Shown here piece by piece: positions 1-12,007 of a stretch of 64,000 bases of DNA. This DNA is from Amoebidium appalachense. Its lineage: Eukaryota > Protista > Ichthyosporea. Every line of letters begins with the position of its first letter. The first letter of the stretch is position 1. The stretch lies in the NCBI GenBank assembly GCA_963693365.1, contig CAVNZM010000001.1:761245-825244 (forward strand), read 5' to 3'. The position numbers were made by a program, and so were the translations under genes. The notes under the pieces were generated by a model. The model did not search any database and was not told the origin of the DNA. It saw only the letters and a program-made list of their open reading frames with translations.

Positions 1-1755
1 ATACCTTATTCCGAAGTTACGGTATTATTTGTGCCGAGTTCCTGTGAGAACATTCCATCCACGCCTTGACGCATTAACGTCTGTCCACTGGTGTCAGATT
101 AAGTACAGTCTATATACTAGAATTGTTTCCTGAATACGAAACCATTGTCATTAGAGTAGTGATACCCTAAATGCCATTGCGATTCTCTTGTCATTCTAGT
201 TAATCCATCGAGTACAGCTTTCGCTTTTCTCTTAGGAGCTGTTGCACTCTGCGCAGTCTATCTGGACGCAGAAAACCTAGGACTTTCGGCGAGTCAGTGT
301 CACAGATCTTCCATCTAATCTCAACGTATCAGACTTCCAATCCACTGACTTTTGTTTACTCATGTCTACATTTTGTCATCTGAATTCCAAAGTGTGTCAG
401 TAAAGACACGAGTCAAAGATTTATCTTGCGATGAAAGTAATTGACTATGATCTTTTCAGATCGATTCAATAAATTCAGATTCTTCCGCTACCACTCAGAG
501 CATAATATCTCTAAGTTCAAAGCTTCGGTGCTGGAATTTAGCCTCCGAAATCTTCGGTGCTTCAATGCGTTAGCAATAACTAAGCTTGTTTAGAACTAGG
601 CTATTGCATAATTATTCAATGAACTGTTACGTTTTCTTTCAAAGATGGCTGTTTCCAAGCCTACTTTCTTGTTATCTCCGCATTGAAACTTCCTTTCACA
701 CTTAATTCCACTTTGAGACCTTAGCTTTTGATCAGGGCTCTTTCCCTCTTGACTATAAACCTTATCGCTTACAGTCCGACTAGTTCTCTCCATCATGCTA
801 ATTCTGAGTTTGCTTAGATTAGGTATGGATTTCACTCCACCCTACATTCTATTACAGAACGTCTTTCGAATCCTTGCAGTGCTTTACCTTTCATGATGAA
901 TATTGGGGATTTCATTTATTACAATCCCGGAACCGTCATACTTCAATATGTTTCGCGGAAAACCAGCTATTACGGAATTTGATTAGCCTTTCACCCCTAA
1001 GCGCATTTCATCCAATTACATTGCCACGTAAACTGGTTCAGCCTTCAACTCGATATTACTCAAGTATCCACTTGAACACGCTTAGATCATCCCGTTTCGG
1101 GTCATATAATGCTAACTCTGAATCGCTTTCGCTTCGGCTACATCTCTCGAATTAACCTCGCTAACACTATATACTCGTAGACCCATTATGCAAAAGGTAC
1201 GTAGTCATCCTTATGGAACTCCTACTGCTCTTAAGCTTTGAATTTCAGTTCTATTTCAATCCCCGATTGGGTTCTCTTTCATCCTTTCGCTCACGCTACT
1301 TTGTTCACTATCGGTCTCTAACTACTCTTATCCTTTGAAGGAGGTCCTCCTCTTCAGTAACGCTCATCACGCAACCTACTCATCGTACGTCATCAATCAG
1401 GGGTGTAAATTAATGAACACCCCGATGGACTGGATTAGGGATCTGAATGCAGGGTCTAGACTAGTTACCCTCTATGGATTCCTCAGAACCTATCCATTAA
1501 ACGTGGGATAATCCGATTTCGTTCGCCACTACTTTCGGGATCTCTGTTGATTTCTGTCTCTAATGATACTCCGTTGTTTCGTTCCTCATTAGTTCTGGGG
1601 CCAAGTCCTGTCAACGGGACTAGCACTACGTTTCCTTTGCGCGATCCAGCTTTATTACCAATTGCTTGATACTTATATTCGCTGACCTTTCGTGTCCTGA
1701 TACGGCGCTTCTCGTTAGAGCCTTGGTCTTCTTCCAAAGCCTTTATTTTCAATTA
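1..1755 (-). rRNA. rnl: Large-subunit (23S-like) rRNA, 5' portion, mitochondrial-type; probable NUMT, runs off the window edge
   Basis: Reverse complement matches conserved LSU motifs. + strand examples: CCGAAGTTACGG..TGCCGAGTTCC (11-41), GATGGCTGTTTCCAAGCCTAC (~644), ACCCATTATGCAAAAGGTACG (~1180), TTCACTATCGGTC (~1303), TTCGCCACTACT..GATCTCTGTTGATTTC (~1522). The sense string GTAGGCTTGGAA..CGTAACAG is closer to mitochondrial/alphaproteobacterial than plastid LSU. The 5' end is approximate. Confidence 0.85.
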
Positions 1756-2045
1756 TTCTTTCCTATTCTTAGAGTACTAGGAACATAGTACTGGATTCCT
1801 AGCTTACAGTTAAGATTAATATTAAGTCCATAAAATTCCAATTATGATCTGCTAAAAATTAAAAAAATGACATTTTTCCAGATTTTTGACATTTTTCCAG
1901 ATTTTTGACATTTTTCCGTATTTTTGACAATTTACCATTATCTGGATTTAGGATTTTTATTTTCATCTTATATCGTGACACATGCCTAGAATAGAAGTAG
2001 GGAGGAGGGGGCGAGATGAAATAACTAGACTGGGCCAACTAGACT
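1756..2045. other. AT-rich organelle-derived non-coding flank upstream of rnl, with ~3 tandem copies of GACATTTTTCCAGATTTTT (1869-1930)
   Basis: Contiguous with the rRNA 5' end, AT-rich, and homologous to 38108-38378. Confidence 0.6.
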
Positions 2046-3764
2046 GCCATTGCCCTCCTGCACACCAACAGCATCAAGCACCGGACCAAACACATTGCCG
2101 TCCGGTACCACAACACGAAGGACTACATCAAGAGTGGGGATGTGGTCGTCACCTACGTGTCCACCAAGGACAACGTGGCCGACATCTTCACCAAGGCCCT
2201 GCCTGGGCCCTCAGAGGCTCCCACGAGCAGCACCGTGCTTCCCTCAGTCTTCGTGACTGATGCTGCCCCCCCCCCCCCTGTTCATCTACAGTGGTCTTCA
2301 AGTAGGTTGGGGCCCCGGCCAGTGGTCTACACATCACCGTGTAGAGACACCTCCCAACGAAAGTCTACTGCTGTCTTCATCGATCTTCAGTGTGTGCATC
2401 TTCAGTGGGGACTTCTTCTCCACCATCCGTCGTTTATTTATATACCACCATATATATTGGTTTTCTTTTATATTCGACTTATGTAAATGTCGAACTGGGA
2501 TGGCGTCCCAGTATAAATAATTATCTATAGCCAATGCGTGCTGGTTGACTGCCAGTCTAAACCTAATCCTCGGGATGTACCTTCCCCGTGTCTTAACTGG
2601 TTGACCACCAGTCTATAAATCAGTCCACAAGATGTTCATGCCTTGTGTTTATCTGGGTGGGCCCCAGTATAAAACATTAGCCACCAACACGTCACACATA
2701 CACTAGTGTTTTCTTCTATATATATATATATATCGTCGTTGGCTACCGTCATGTTCCGAGTCTTCTGAGGCAACCGTCGTTGTGTGCTTCTTCCGTTTTG
2801 GTTTTCTTCCCCGGCTTGCCCCTTCAAGTCTTCTCCATTGTCTTCTCGAGTGGGGAAACTTGACTGTGACTTCACAGCACCTGCTTCTACAAGTGTGAGA
2901 GTATTGACATCAACAGTCACATCAACAAACTTCACGAGAACCCAACTTCCAACCCTTGAGTGGGGATGTCATCTTCCCATGATTATCGGCAAGACTTAGA
3001 AGTTGAGTTTTATATATGTTTATTAGTTTGTTGTAGTTTGTTTCCTTTTCCCTTTTCCTTTCTTCCTTTCTTTCTTTCCTTTCTGTTTCCGTGTGCACCG
3101 ATATCTTAGATCTGTGTACACATCGAGATATTTAGCCCGCGCACACGTATTGTTATTTGTGTCAATGTCTAAATATGTCGTCTAATCAGATCTTGTTGTA
3201 TTTTCCCAAATATAGTAACCTACATTCCTCATTAATTCTATTCGATTCCTTTCCCATTCCATTCCTTTCTATCCTCATTCCTTTTCCTTCCTTTCCCACG
3301 ACGTAGCATTGTTCTATGTTACCCAACTATTAGGAATACTTATATTTAGTCGTGTTATGTTAGGAACATGAATAAATATATGATGTGAACTAATAGATAC
3401 ATAAGTGGTTTCGTTTTGTTAAATGTTTCCGTACTTTTATTAGAAGATTTCTTTCATTAGAGGATTACGTTTTATCTTCTATGTGTCGACAGGCATTTCG
3501 ATCAATTTATTTTACCCTCATAGTTTTCGTCTTTCTGATTGGAAAATAGAGTTTTCGTTCTTTTGATTGGTTTATCGATTTCACATTCCTAAGTATAAAA
3601 GTAAGTTCATCTTGAAATAAATATCAAGCAGTCGAATTCATTTCCTATGGTTCCAGAAATCGTTCCACCTCTCCGGTTGTGTTTCTCCCGTGTGTCTCTG
3701 TGTTGTGTATAACATAACACCCATCTGTGCACTCTGCTTCTCCGTTTACCCACACAAAACAACA
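2046..3764 (+). mobile_element. 5'-truncated Ty1/Copia element: RNase H C-terminus (to 2260), 3' UTR, PPT and 3' LTR (type C, 2967-3764)
   Basis: Encodes ..KHRTKHIAVRYH..NVADIFTKALPGP. GAGTGGGGA PPT is followed by a TGTCAT...AACA LTR whose homologues lie at 59765-60371 and ~62906-63614. Confidence 0.85.
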
Positions 3765-4012
<248 letters not shown>

Positions 4013-4559
4013 CTTCATGACTAAGTCTACTGATGGTCACAGTACGGCAACACACAAAACTAAAGTGGTTGACTAAGCTATGAATCACACATGACAAGCT
4101 CAAGTGTAGCCTAAGTGTTTTCCTACCAATCAAAACATAACGAGTAATACAAATCTACTCAACGTATATTAGTGAAAAAGAAACATGATCATATGAAAGA
4201 AAACAAGGGAGAAAAGAAAGAGAAAAGAAAGAAGAAGAAGGAGGAAAGAGAGAAGAAGACAGGACAGAAAACACGAACACGAAAACACAGATGTAACAGA
4301 AGATATTCATGTACACATAAACATGTACACGTTTCTCCCTGAGTGGGTGGAAACGTGTACACACATAGCAACACACTAACCTGGCAGTGACAAAGTACAC
4401 GATTAGAGCCGATCTATGACGATTACATGTGTTCAGACACATTAGAGATCGATGAGACATTTTTCGTAATAGGAGTGTGACATATATACTAAGCACTTAA
4501 ACTGAAACTAACATAAACTGAAAAGATCTTATCCAATGTAGATACTACGTACTACAACA
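4013..4559 (-). mobile_element. Fragment (5' part) of a diverged Copia LTR type A
   Basis: Homologous to 15425-15961; ends in the reverse complement of TGTTGTAGTACGTAG. Confidence 0.8.
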
Positions 4560-4634
4560 AGAGTTGTATTAGCTGAATAGATCAGGCCAAGATGACGGAC
4601 ATGCGCAAAATGTACGTGATAGAAAAACATGGTC

Positions 4635-4637
<3 letters not shown>

Positions 4638-4711
<74 letters not shown>

Positions 4712-4759
4712 CTAGCACTTTTGTGGGGAGCGATTCCCCCCCCCTTCCCCCCCCCCCCT

Positions 4760-4792
<33 letters not shown>
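4638..4792. repeat. (CA)n microsatellite followed by poly-C/poly-G tracts
   Basis: Seen directly. Confidence 0.9.
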
Positions 4793-6530
4793 CCTGCGAG
4801 CTACGCACTATTGCACAGCTACCTGGTATGCGTACTCCGGAGAAAATCAAGGCAGCATAAAACATTTTTTTGCCCCATATTTAATTACCTCAATAATTCG
4901 ACAGCGCCTGCACACGGTTTGTGAGTGAGTGCAAAATAGTTGATTGTTTTCGAGGCAGAGAGACGTGAGTAACGCAGCTGCAGTTGTAATATTTGCATAC
5001 TTACGAGAACCAAGGTATGATGTGTTTGGCACTCGTGTACGATGTCATAGGCAGAGCATTTTTAGCCGGTGGCAGATGCAGTGTCATATAAGAAATTATG
5101 CAGTTGCTACAATTCATTTCGCGTGAATAACCACTCCTGCTTGTTCCTCATCATGCATATCACACGCAACACCTCGGTGCAATCTCCTTTGTGGTACCAC
5201 ACGTTACAAAAACTTTAAAACAAACCTCGGACCCTATTGACAGCGTGGTCTCCCCTGCGTCCCCCTCGTTTTATCAAAGTTTATCCTATATACTACTTCT
5301 CTAAATTCCCGTGCCTCTCTCTCCCCCTCTGGTCTCTTTGCAGTGGTTGGTGTGCATGTCGGTGGATATCGGTCACCTGCAGCCCGGCTTGCTAGATCTG
5401 GAAAATTAGGGGCACCACACAGCGGCATGATGAAGAGTGCACGGATTTTACCTTGCCCTTTAAGTTATTATAGTTCAACGGTTTAGTTACGTAGCTATGG
5501 GGAATCCGTGTGGCACGTGTACTTGACAGATGCTGGTGGTGATCAGTTGTTGGTGTCCTCCTAACTTATGCTGCTTTGTCCACTCCACTCCTTGTATGCT
5601 GACACTCAGATCTTTCTTGCCATACTGGGTAACATTTTAGCTATTTAGGGTTACATCCTTATTCAATCGGCTGCTTTTTCAGTTTGATACAAGCTTTTTA
5701 ATGGCACGCCAAAACTTCGTGCCCAAATTTCAATAGCACATTTGGCTAATCGTGTGATCGGACAGAAACAATTGGTCCATACATTAATTTTTTGGGAATG
5801 CAATATTTCTACACTTTTCTTGGTTTTTTGTTTGAACACGTAACAGCAACAGAGCGTAACAAAGCTACAGCTCAGTATAAACGTACGCATGAGCATAGTA
5901 CACAAAAAGAACATAACAGGGATGAACTCCTCATATAATGTGTAGATATGTTCTGCATTAGGTGATACCGGCACCTGCGCACCAGTAAGCTACACCCACA
6001 TGCATATTGTACAATCGTACAAGAGCTATGCTCAAACTTACAGATACACATCAAACCGAACACAATGCAAACCGTTGGCAGCACAAACACACAGGACAAC
6101 ACACACTGCATAAAAGCTAAACACATGCACGTACATGTGCACACCATAAAACACAACTACGTGCTGAGCACACCATAAACACAATATATATGCATGTATC
6201 AACTGCTCGCACATGCAAACAGGTGTATAAGTATATGAAGGTCCCATAGTGTCCTTAATACCTCAGGACGTGTTCATACTAATAACACGTGCCTATAGTT
6301 AGTGGTTCAGCCTTGAATTAGAAGGGGATTGAAGTGTTACATTACATCTACTAGGACAGTGGCAAGCACAGCAAGCACCTAATGTACTATCATAGCAACT
6401 CAATTATTCTAGAATACTTTGCTTTTTCTAAAAGGCCCCCCAATGGAGAAGGTTTTGTGGCATGCTATATGCATGCTGGTCACTCTGCTTCTGCGGTGTA
6501 CACAAAAGGTTTAAAACAATATTAGCGGAG

Positions 6531-9500
6531 TCAACCCCTGTGAACCCAAGGCTGCACATCATTCTTCCTGGCAAGATTTACCTGTAGATAATATGTGGGG
6601 TCCATCTGCAGTGTGGGGAAAATGATCTTGTCTGCCATCCCAAGATCGTGCCCTCTAGTTCCGGCCAATGTCATGTTTGCCCTTATTTCTCTGACCAGGT
6701 CAGATGAGAGCACATAGAGCTGGCTATCCATTGAATGGTCATAGGCTGAGCATTTTGCATGCTCCTCTTTCATCCTGCCGTAGTAGACCCGATCTTGGGG
6801 CAGGGTGGCTAGTTGCTTTACAAGCGCCTTGGCATCAATGTGCGTGTGGCGGTCGGCCCGGCCGATGTGTGTCGCCCACAAGAAGGTCTTCGAAGCATAG
6901 CTCCACCATGAGAACATGGGATCGACAGACCCAGTGCAGTCCAGCTCCAGAACAGTTGAGGCATTAGCAAAATAGGTGTGGCTGGCAAGCTCACCCATGC
7001 CCTTGCACCACACCGGCACCACCATAACACTGCACGATTCAGGGACATTGGTGTCGGTGCTGTAGAGACATGTGTCGGCGTTATCTTCCCTACTGTGGCT
7101 TAGCCACTTTTCGGGCACCACCTGGTCTTGGTTGTCAGGGTGAATCGGCACGGCCAGTACCACACGGGGTGCGGCATCCTCTGGACACGGAAACAGCGTT
7201 GCTGATGGGGGGACTATGTGTTGCCGCCTGGCACGAGACGTAGACATTTTTTGAGGGAACAACTGAGGGTCCTGAGTCACCGAAGAATCAGGGAGGGAGG
7301 CAGGTAGTTCAGTGGTAGACAACATATGTTCGTTAAGTAATAGCTGGGCATTGACTGTGCTAAAATTTATCTGCATCGTTGCGTAAACCCTTATAATACC
7401 CCCCCCCCCCCCCCCCCAAAAAAAAAAAAAAAAAAAAAATCCCTCAAAGAAACCTGCAAAGCCCCACCACCATCTTTTCCCTTTTATCTCCCATTAACTC
7501 TCATAGTCCGTTCATATCTACCATCTTTTCCCTTGTCTCCCCCATTAACTCTCACAGTCTGCTCTTATCACCCATGCACCGTGCTGCCGGCACTACATGC
7601 ATGCAAGGAAACTGAATAACACATAACTATCCCTTATTGTACAATTGAACAACACCCAGAAAAAAACCATCATGCATGCCAGAATAAGTCTGTTTGTGCT
7701 GCTTCAAAACACATGCCTACATACCCGCACGCCCGAGACAACAGTAAAACGGTATGGACAAACACAATCTTTATAACACACAGCACAAGTTCCAGAATGC
7801 ACAACACAAAACACGTGACAAAATCCATAAGGTCGATTCCAACTCTTCGCATAGAATCCCCCGGGGGGGGGGGGGGGGGGGGTTAGGGAGGGAAAAAAAA
7901 AACCCTCAAAATGCACACTACACCACGTGCACTTGCACGAACACCTAACTTACGCACACACAAGTAGAGTCACATCCACTCATGATGCATGCAGATCCGA
8001 GTAGTAAGGAGATTAGGAGAGCTAGTGAGGTCGTTCATTACACCAACCTTCAATGGGTGCTCGAAGGGAAGCGTCTTTGACCCGACTTGGATGACGGGGA
8101 ACGGTGCCAGCGACACCCACTTCTTCATGCCCCTCCATTGTGGGTCTCGTTATGGGGTTTGATTCAGCCCCGACCCATTGCACAAGATCAGTTGACATAA
8201 GAATCATCTGCCCACTCACATAGGTGAAGTCCTTCGGGCATTTTCGCACACATCCACATCTGGATTACATGGTCATTGATAAATATGCCAGACGCACTGC
8301 CATTTACCCCCCTGCATGTATTGTGAGTGATGAATGGTGAATGATACCATAGTATGCACTCAGTTTATCGTTTTTCAGTTTATCAACTTAGTGTTATTGC
8401 GCCTGAGTTTTTAACGCAGGATTGGAAAAGCTAGCGATGGCGCATATTCTGCTTCCAACCATAAGGAAGAGTCATTTTTAAATCAGTGGAGTCATGCACC
8501 ATCCCAAGATGTTCGGGCACCTTGAGTAAATCAAGCAGTTCCTTAATGCGAATGGGGAGCATACATGCTGAAAGTGTTGGAACGACCATAGTAGAGCTGC
8601 CAGGAGGGTAGAGATGCCAGTTCCTTGACGAAATCGCCTGCCCAGATGAATGTGTCCATGTCGCCTTTGGCCACGTGGGTGGCATGGGGGAATGCTCTGG
8701 CTGCATGCTGCCACCAGGCCAGCGACTTGCCGTTGTTCATGTTCTCCGGTATGTTCAGAACTACGAGATCGCCGTAGGTGGAATTCTCTTGCGCGATCAG
8801 CTTTGCTTCTTCCTGCAGTTGCATATGGGAATTTGTCGGGGGTAAGTTCATGTCACAAAAGGCTCGGATATTTGGCCCTTCAAGAATCAGCTGTTGCTAC
8901 CAAGAGACAACAGCAAATAATTCTGGTGCCTGGCACTATACATGATCCGATCGCCTTTAGGGCCCGTAAATTCCGGACAACTTAAATATTAACTCAGTTA
9001 CCCCATGTTCACATCATACCAATATCCCAAGTTTATTATTATTATGGCCACCTGAACCTGATCATAAGTTATATTTTACCTCGTTTGCAGGCAGTCCCAA
9101 CACAAACACGGGCATTATGCTGCACGGTTTGCTTTCCGTTTCGGCCTGGTCAAAGCTGTGTTTGCAAACTTGCGGAAATTTGTGCCATGTCCGCCGGTGC
9201 ACTTCTCTAAACTCGTAAAGTTTGGCCATGGAAAATGTTCCGTACACAATGCGAAGCTGCTGACTGTCGTTAGACAGAGAGCACCTGGCGGGGGAGCCTC
9301 CAATGCTGGACAGGTTTGTCGATGGGGTTCTGCCCCCACCAGAAACTTGTGCACTTTGAACCGATCCCCAAAATTGGGCAATTGATGAGCTTGCAGCACC
9401 TAAACCAACATCAGGCAATATCTTCAATAGTAAGGCACCCAACAACATAAGCCAAACCAGCGTGACCCTGGAGGAAAAGCTCGCAGAGCAACAGATCCTG

Positions 9501-9550
9501 GAAAGGATAGTGCTTCCTCCGCACAAACTAAATGGCGCTGCTTTCTTCAT
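6531..9550 (-). CDS. Multi-exon GT31 (beta-1,3-galactosyltransferase-like) glycosyltransferase with N-terminal membrane anchor; last exon encodes a second GT31-like domain
   Basis: Exon ~9080-9550 has a TM segment and ends VFVLGLPANE|gtaaaa. Exon ending ~8812 begins cag|EEAKLIAQENSTYGDLVVLNIPENMNNGKS..KGDMDTF..YYGR. Exon ~8120-8260 encodes YVSGQMILMSTDLV..GHEE. Exon 6531-7370 follows gcag|. Canonical GT-AG where resolved; internal small exons are not resolved. Confidence 0.75.
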
Positions 9551-9869
9551 GACTGCTATGTGCCTGCCCTACGTCTAGTATTCCCGCGGGAGATGTGACC
9601 TGATGTCTTTGTTGGGGGGATATGTTGGAGTGCAGGCTTACGCTCACTCCACAATATGTGTATGTTAGCTTTACAATTGGTTCCGTGTACACAGACACAC
9701 GCTGGCACTCGATCACCACATGCACATCTGCATAGTTGAGGAATGTTGCCAATTGTGTTTTGACTGCAAACGATTGGTTCACTGGTCCCAGAGATCTCTA
9801 AATGAAAGTAACCAATCCGATTAGCGCCTGGCATCCGGATTACATTCCAGACTGCTGCCCCACGGGTAT

Positions 9870-10804
9870 TGTTATAATACGTAGTATTTACATATTGTAA
9901 GATCTTCTCAGTTCGTGTTATGTTTTCATTCATTTACTTAATGAAAAAGATGTGCTCCTTGTACGTAAATTATGACATCGATCTCCAGTGTATTTGAGTA
10001 CTTGTAATCGTGTTGTGTCGGCTATATTCGTGTGTTTAGATATCGATTACAGCAACTGATTATAGGTACACGAGTCTACCCAGTGAGGGAGACACGTGTA
10101 CATGTTATGTGTACATGAATATCTTCGGTTATAACTGTGTTTTGCTGTTCGTGTTTTCTGTCCTGCTTTCTTTTCTTTTTCCTCTTTCTTCGTCTTTTCT
10201 TTTCTCTTTCTTTCTTCTCTTGTTTCCTTTCATTTAATTATATTTCTCTCTCACTAATATACGTTGAGTAGATTTATATTACTCGTTATGTTTTGATTGG
10301 TAGAAAAACACTTAGGTTACACTTTAGCTTGTCAGGTATGATTCATAGCTTAGTCAACCACTTTTGTTTTGTGTGTTGCCGTACTATATCCAATCAGTGG
10401 ACTTAGTCAGAAAATGTCTGAGTCTTTGTAGCCGATGATAGGTTAGAAACACCACCTCTTTCCTCGTTACTCTTCACCTCTGTTCTTTCTTATAGCTGTG
10501 ACCTATGGTGTGTGTTCCCGCGTCTCCGGATCTATCCGGGAAATAATCAGTTAATTATGATTGGTTATTTTAGACATAGATCTGATTTCCGACTGGTCGG
10601 AAATCATGTATGGATTTAACTTAAGGGAATTTCAGGTATTTATTAGCGATCAAAATAAATTGAGTTCAGTCGTGTCTAAACATTGATGTCTGTTGTGTAC
10701 ACTGCTCCGATCGTTCCGTGTTTTGTTGTTGTGTGTGTCTGTGGTGTTTTCACACTGCACCACTGTGTCTCTGCTTACATCCTAAATACTTATAGAATTT
10801 AACA
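9870..10804 (+). mobile_element. Solo Copia LTR (type A1, 935 bp), TSD GGTAT
   Basis: TGTT...AACA termini, GGTAT on both sides, near-identical to 20859-21793. Confidence 0.95.
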
Positions 10805-10836
10805 GGTATATAAGCCACGTCTCTGCCAGGTGCAGA

Positions 10837-10884
10837 CATGGAGTTCAGTCATGGAGTTCAGTCATGGAGTTCAGTCATGGAGTT
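10837..10884. repeat. 13-bp tandem repeat CATGGAGTTCAGT, ~3.7 copies
   Basis: Seen directly. Confidence 0.85.
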
Positions 10885-12007
10885 AACACACTGAAAGCAG
10901 TAAAAAACGGGTCAGCGCCCAAGCGCGCCACGACGACCCTAGTCACAGCGGACTCTACTTCCAACAGGATATTGTTTAGTAACGGACCGTCGTGATGATA
11001 AGCCACCCACAGTGTAGCCGCCAGGGGTTGACAGGGACCCGTGAATCGAGTGCTAACCCCGTAAATATTCACTGATATTTTGGCTCGCGAAAGGTTCGCT
11101 TTAACTGCGTGGGAGTTCCGGATGCTTGCACCAGACCTGAAAAATGTACAGTATACTTCTATTTGTGGTCGGGTTACTTTCGATGCGCCAGATTCTGGCC
11201 TCCACATTTCAAGGGGTTGCCTTTGATTTGACACATTGCGCACTATCCGGGGTTTCTGGTAATCGTAAATATGGCAAATGCAAACCCTGTTTTTTGAGTG
11301 GGGGGATTGTGCGTTTGAAGGCATTCATTGGTTCTATGAAAACTACTCCGGGACGTGTGTTGCCTCTAGGGGGACATCCCCTTGGACGAAAGTGAACCTG
11401 CAATGGTTGTAAACCACGGCAGGCCCCCAGTCATCAATTTATTGATCCGTGAGGTCCTTGTGCCCAAAAAACGGGGGAAGTCTTCGCCCCGTGAAAAAAC
11501 AGCACGTATGTGGGGATCAATGGGGGTTGAGTGTAGGGTGTAGGTGGGTGGGTGAAAAAGAGAAATATAGCTGTAAAGCTGTAGGTGCTAAACACAGAAG
11601 ATGTGTTGTTGCCTGCTGATCTGCTAAAAACTGTCGTGCTTATATACCTACGGCTACCGAACTGAGCCAATCAAAACCGATCTAGTGTTATGTGAAATCT
11701 TATCCTGAGCCAATCAGACTCGGTCTAGTGATCTGTGGAATCTGGTGTTTTGATCGGCTAATAGGTGCCCGTATGCGGGCAGCCGAACGCGAACTGCTAA
11801 AACATGAAACAAAGCCTGTTGATATCGGACACCCATCCTACGTGTTTACCCAGAAAAATATTTATGTCAATAATTTCCACAAATAAAACCTCTATGAAAA
11901 CTACTCCGGGACGTGTGTTGCCTCTAGGGGGACATCCCCTTGGACGAAAGTGAACCTGCAATGGTTGTAAACCACGGCACGAGAGCAGTATGCTTGCTCC
12001 AAAGGTT

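Noticed and set aside
596-1752. Short ORFs within the first 1.75 kb
   Set aside because: They overlap the rRNA sequence.
1-1755. Plastid minicircle 23S rRNA or bacterial contaminant
   Set aside because: Diagnostic strings look more mitochondrial and the context is eukaryotic; disfavoured by eye only, not excluded.
10837-10884. CRISPR-like array (also considered 1869-1930 and 44514-44794)
   Set aside because: Tandem or irregular repeats without unique regular spacers; no cas genes.
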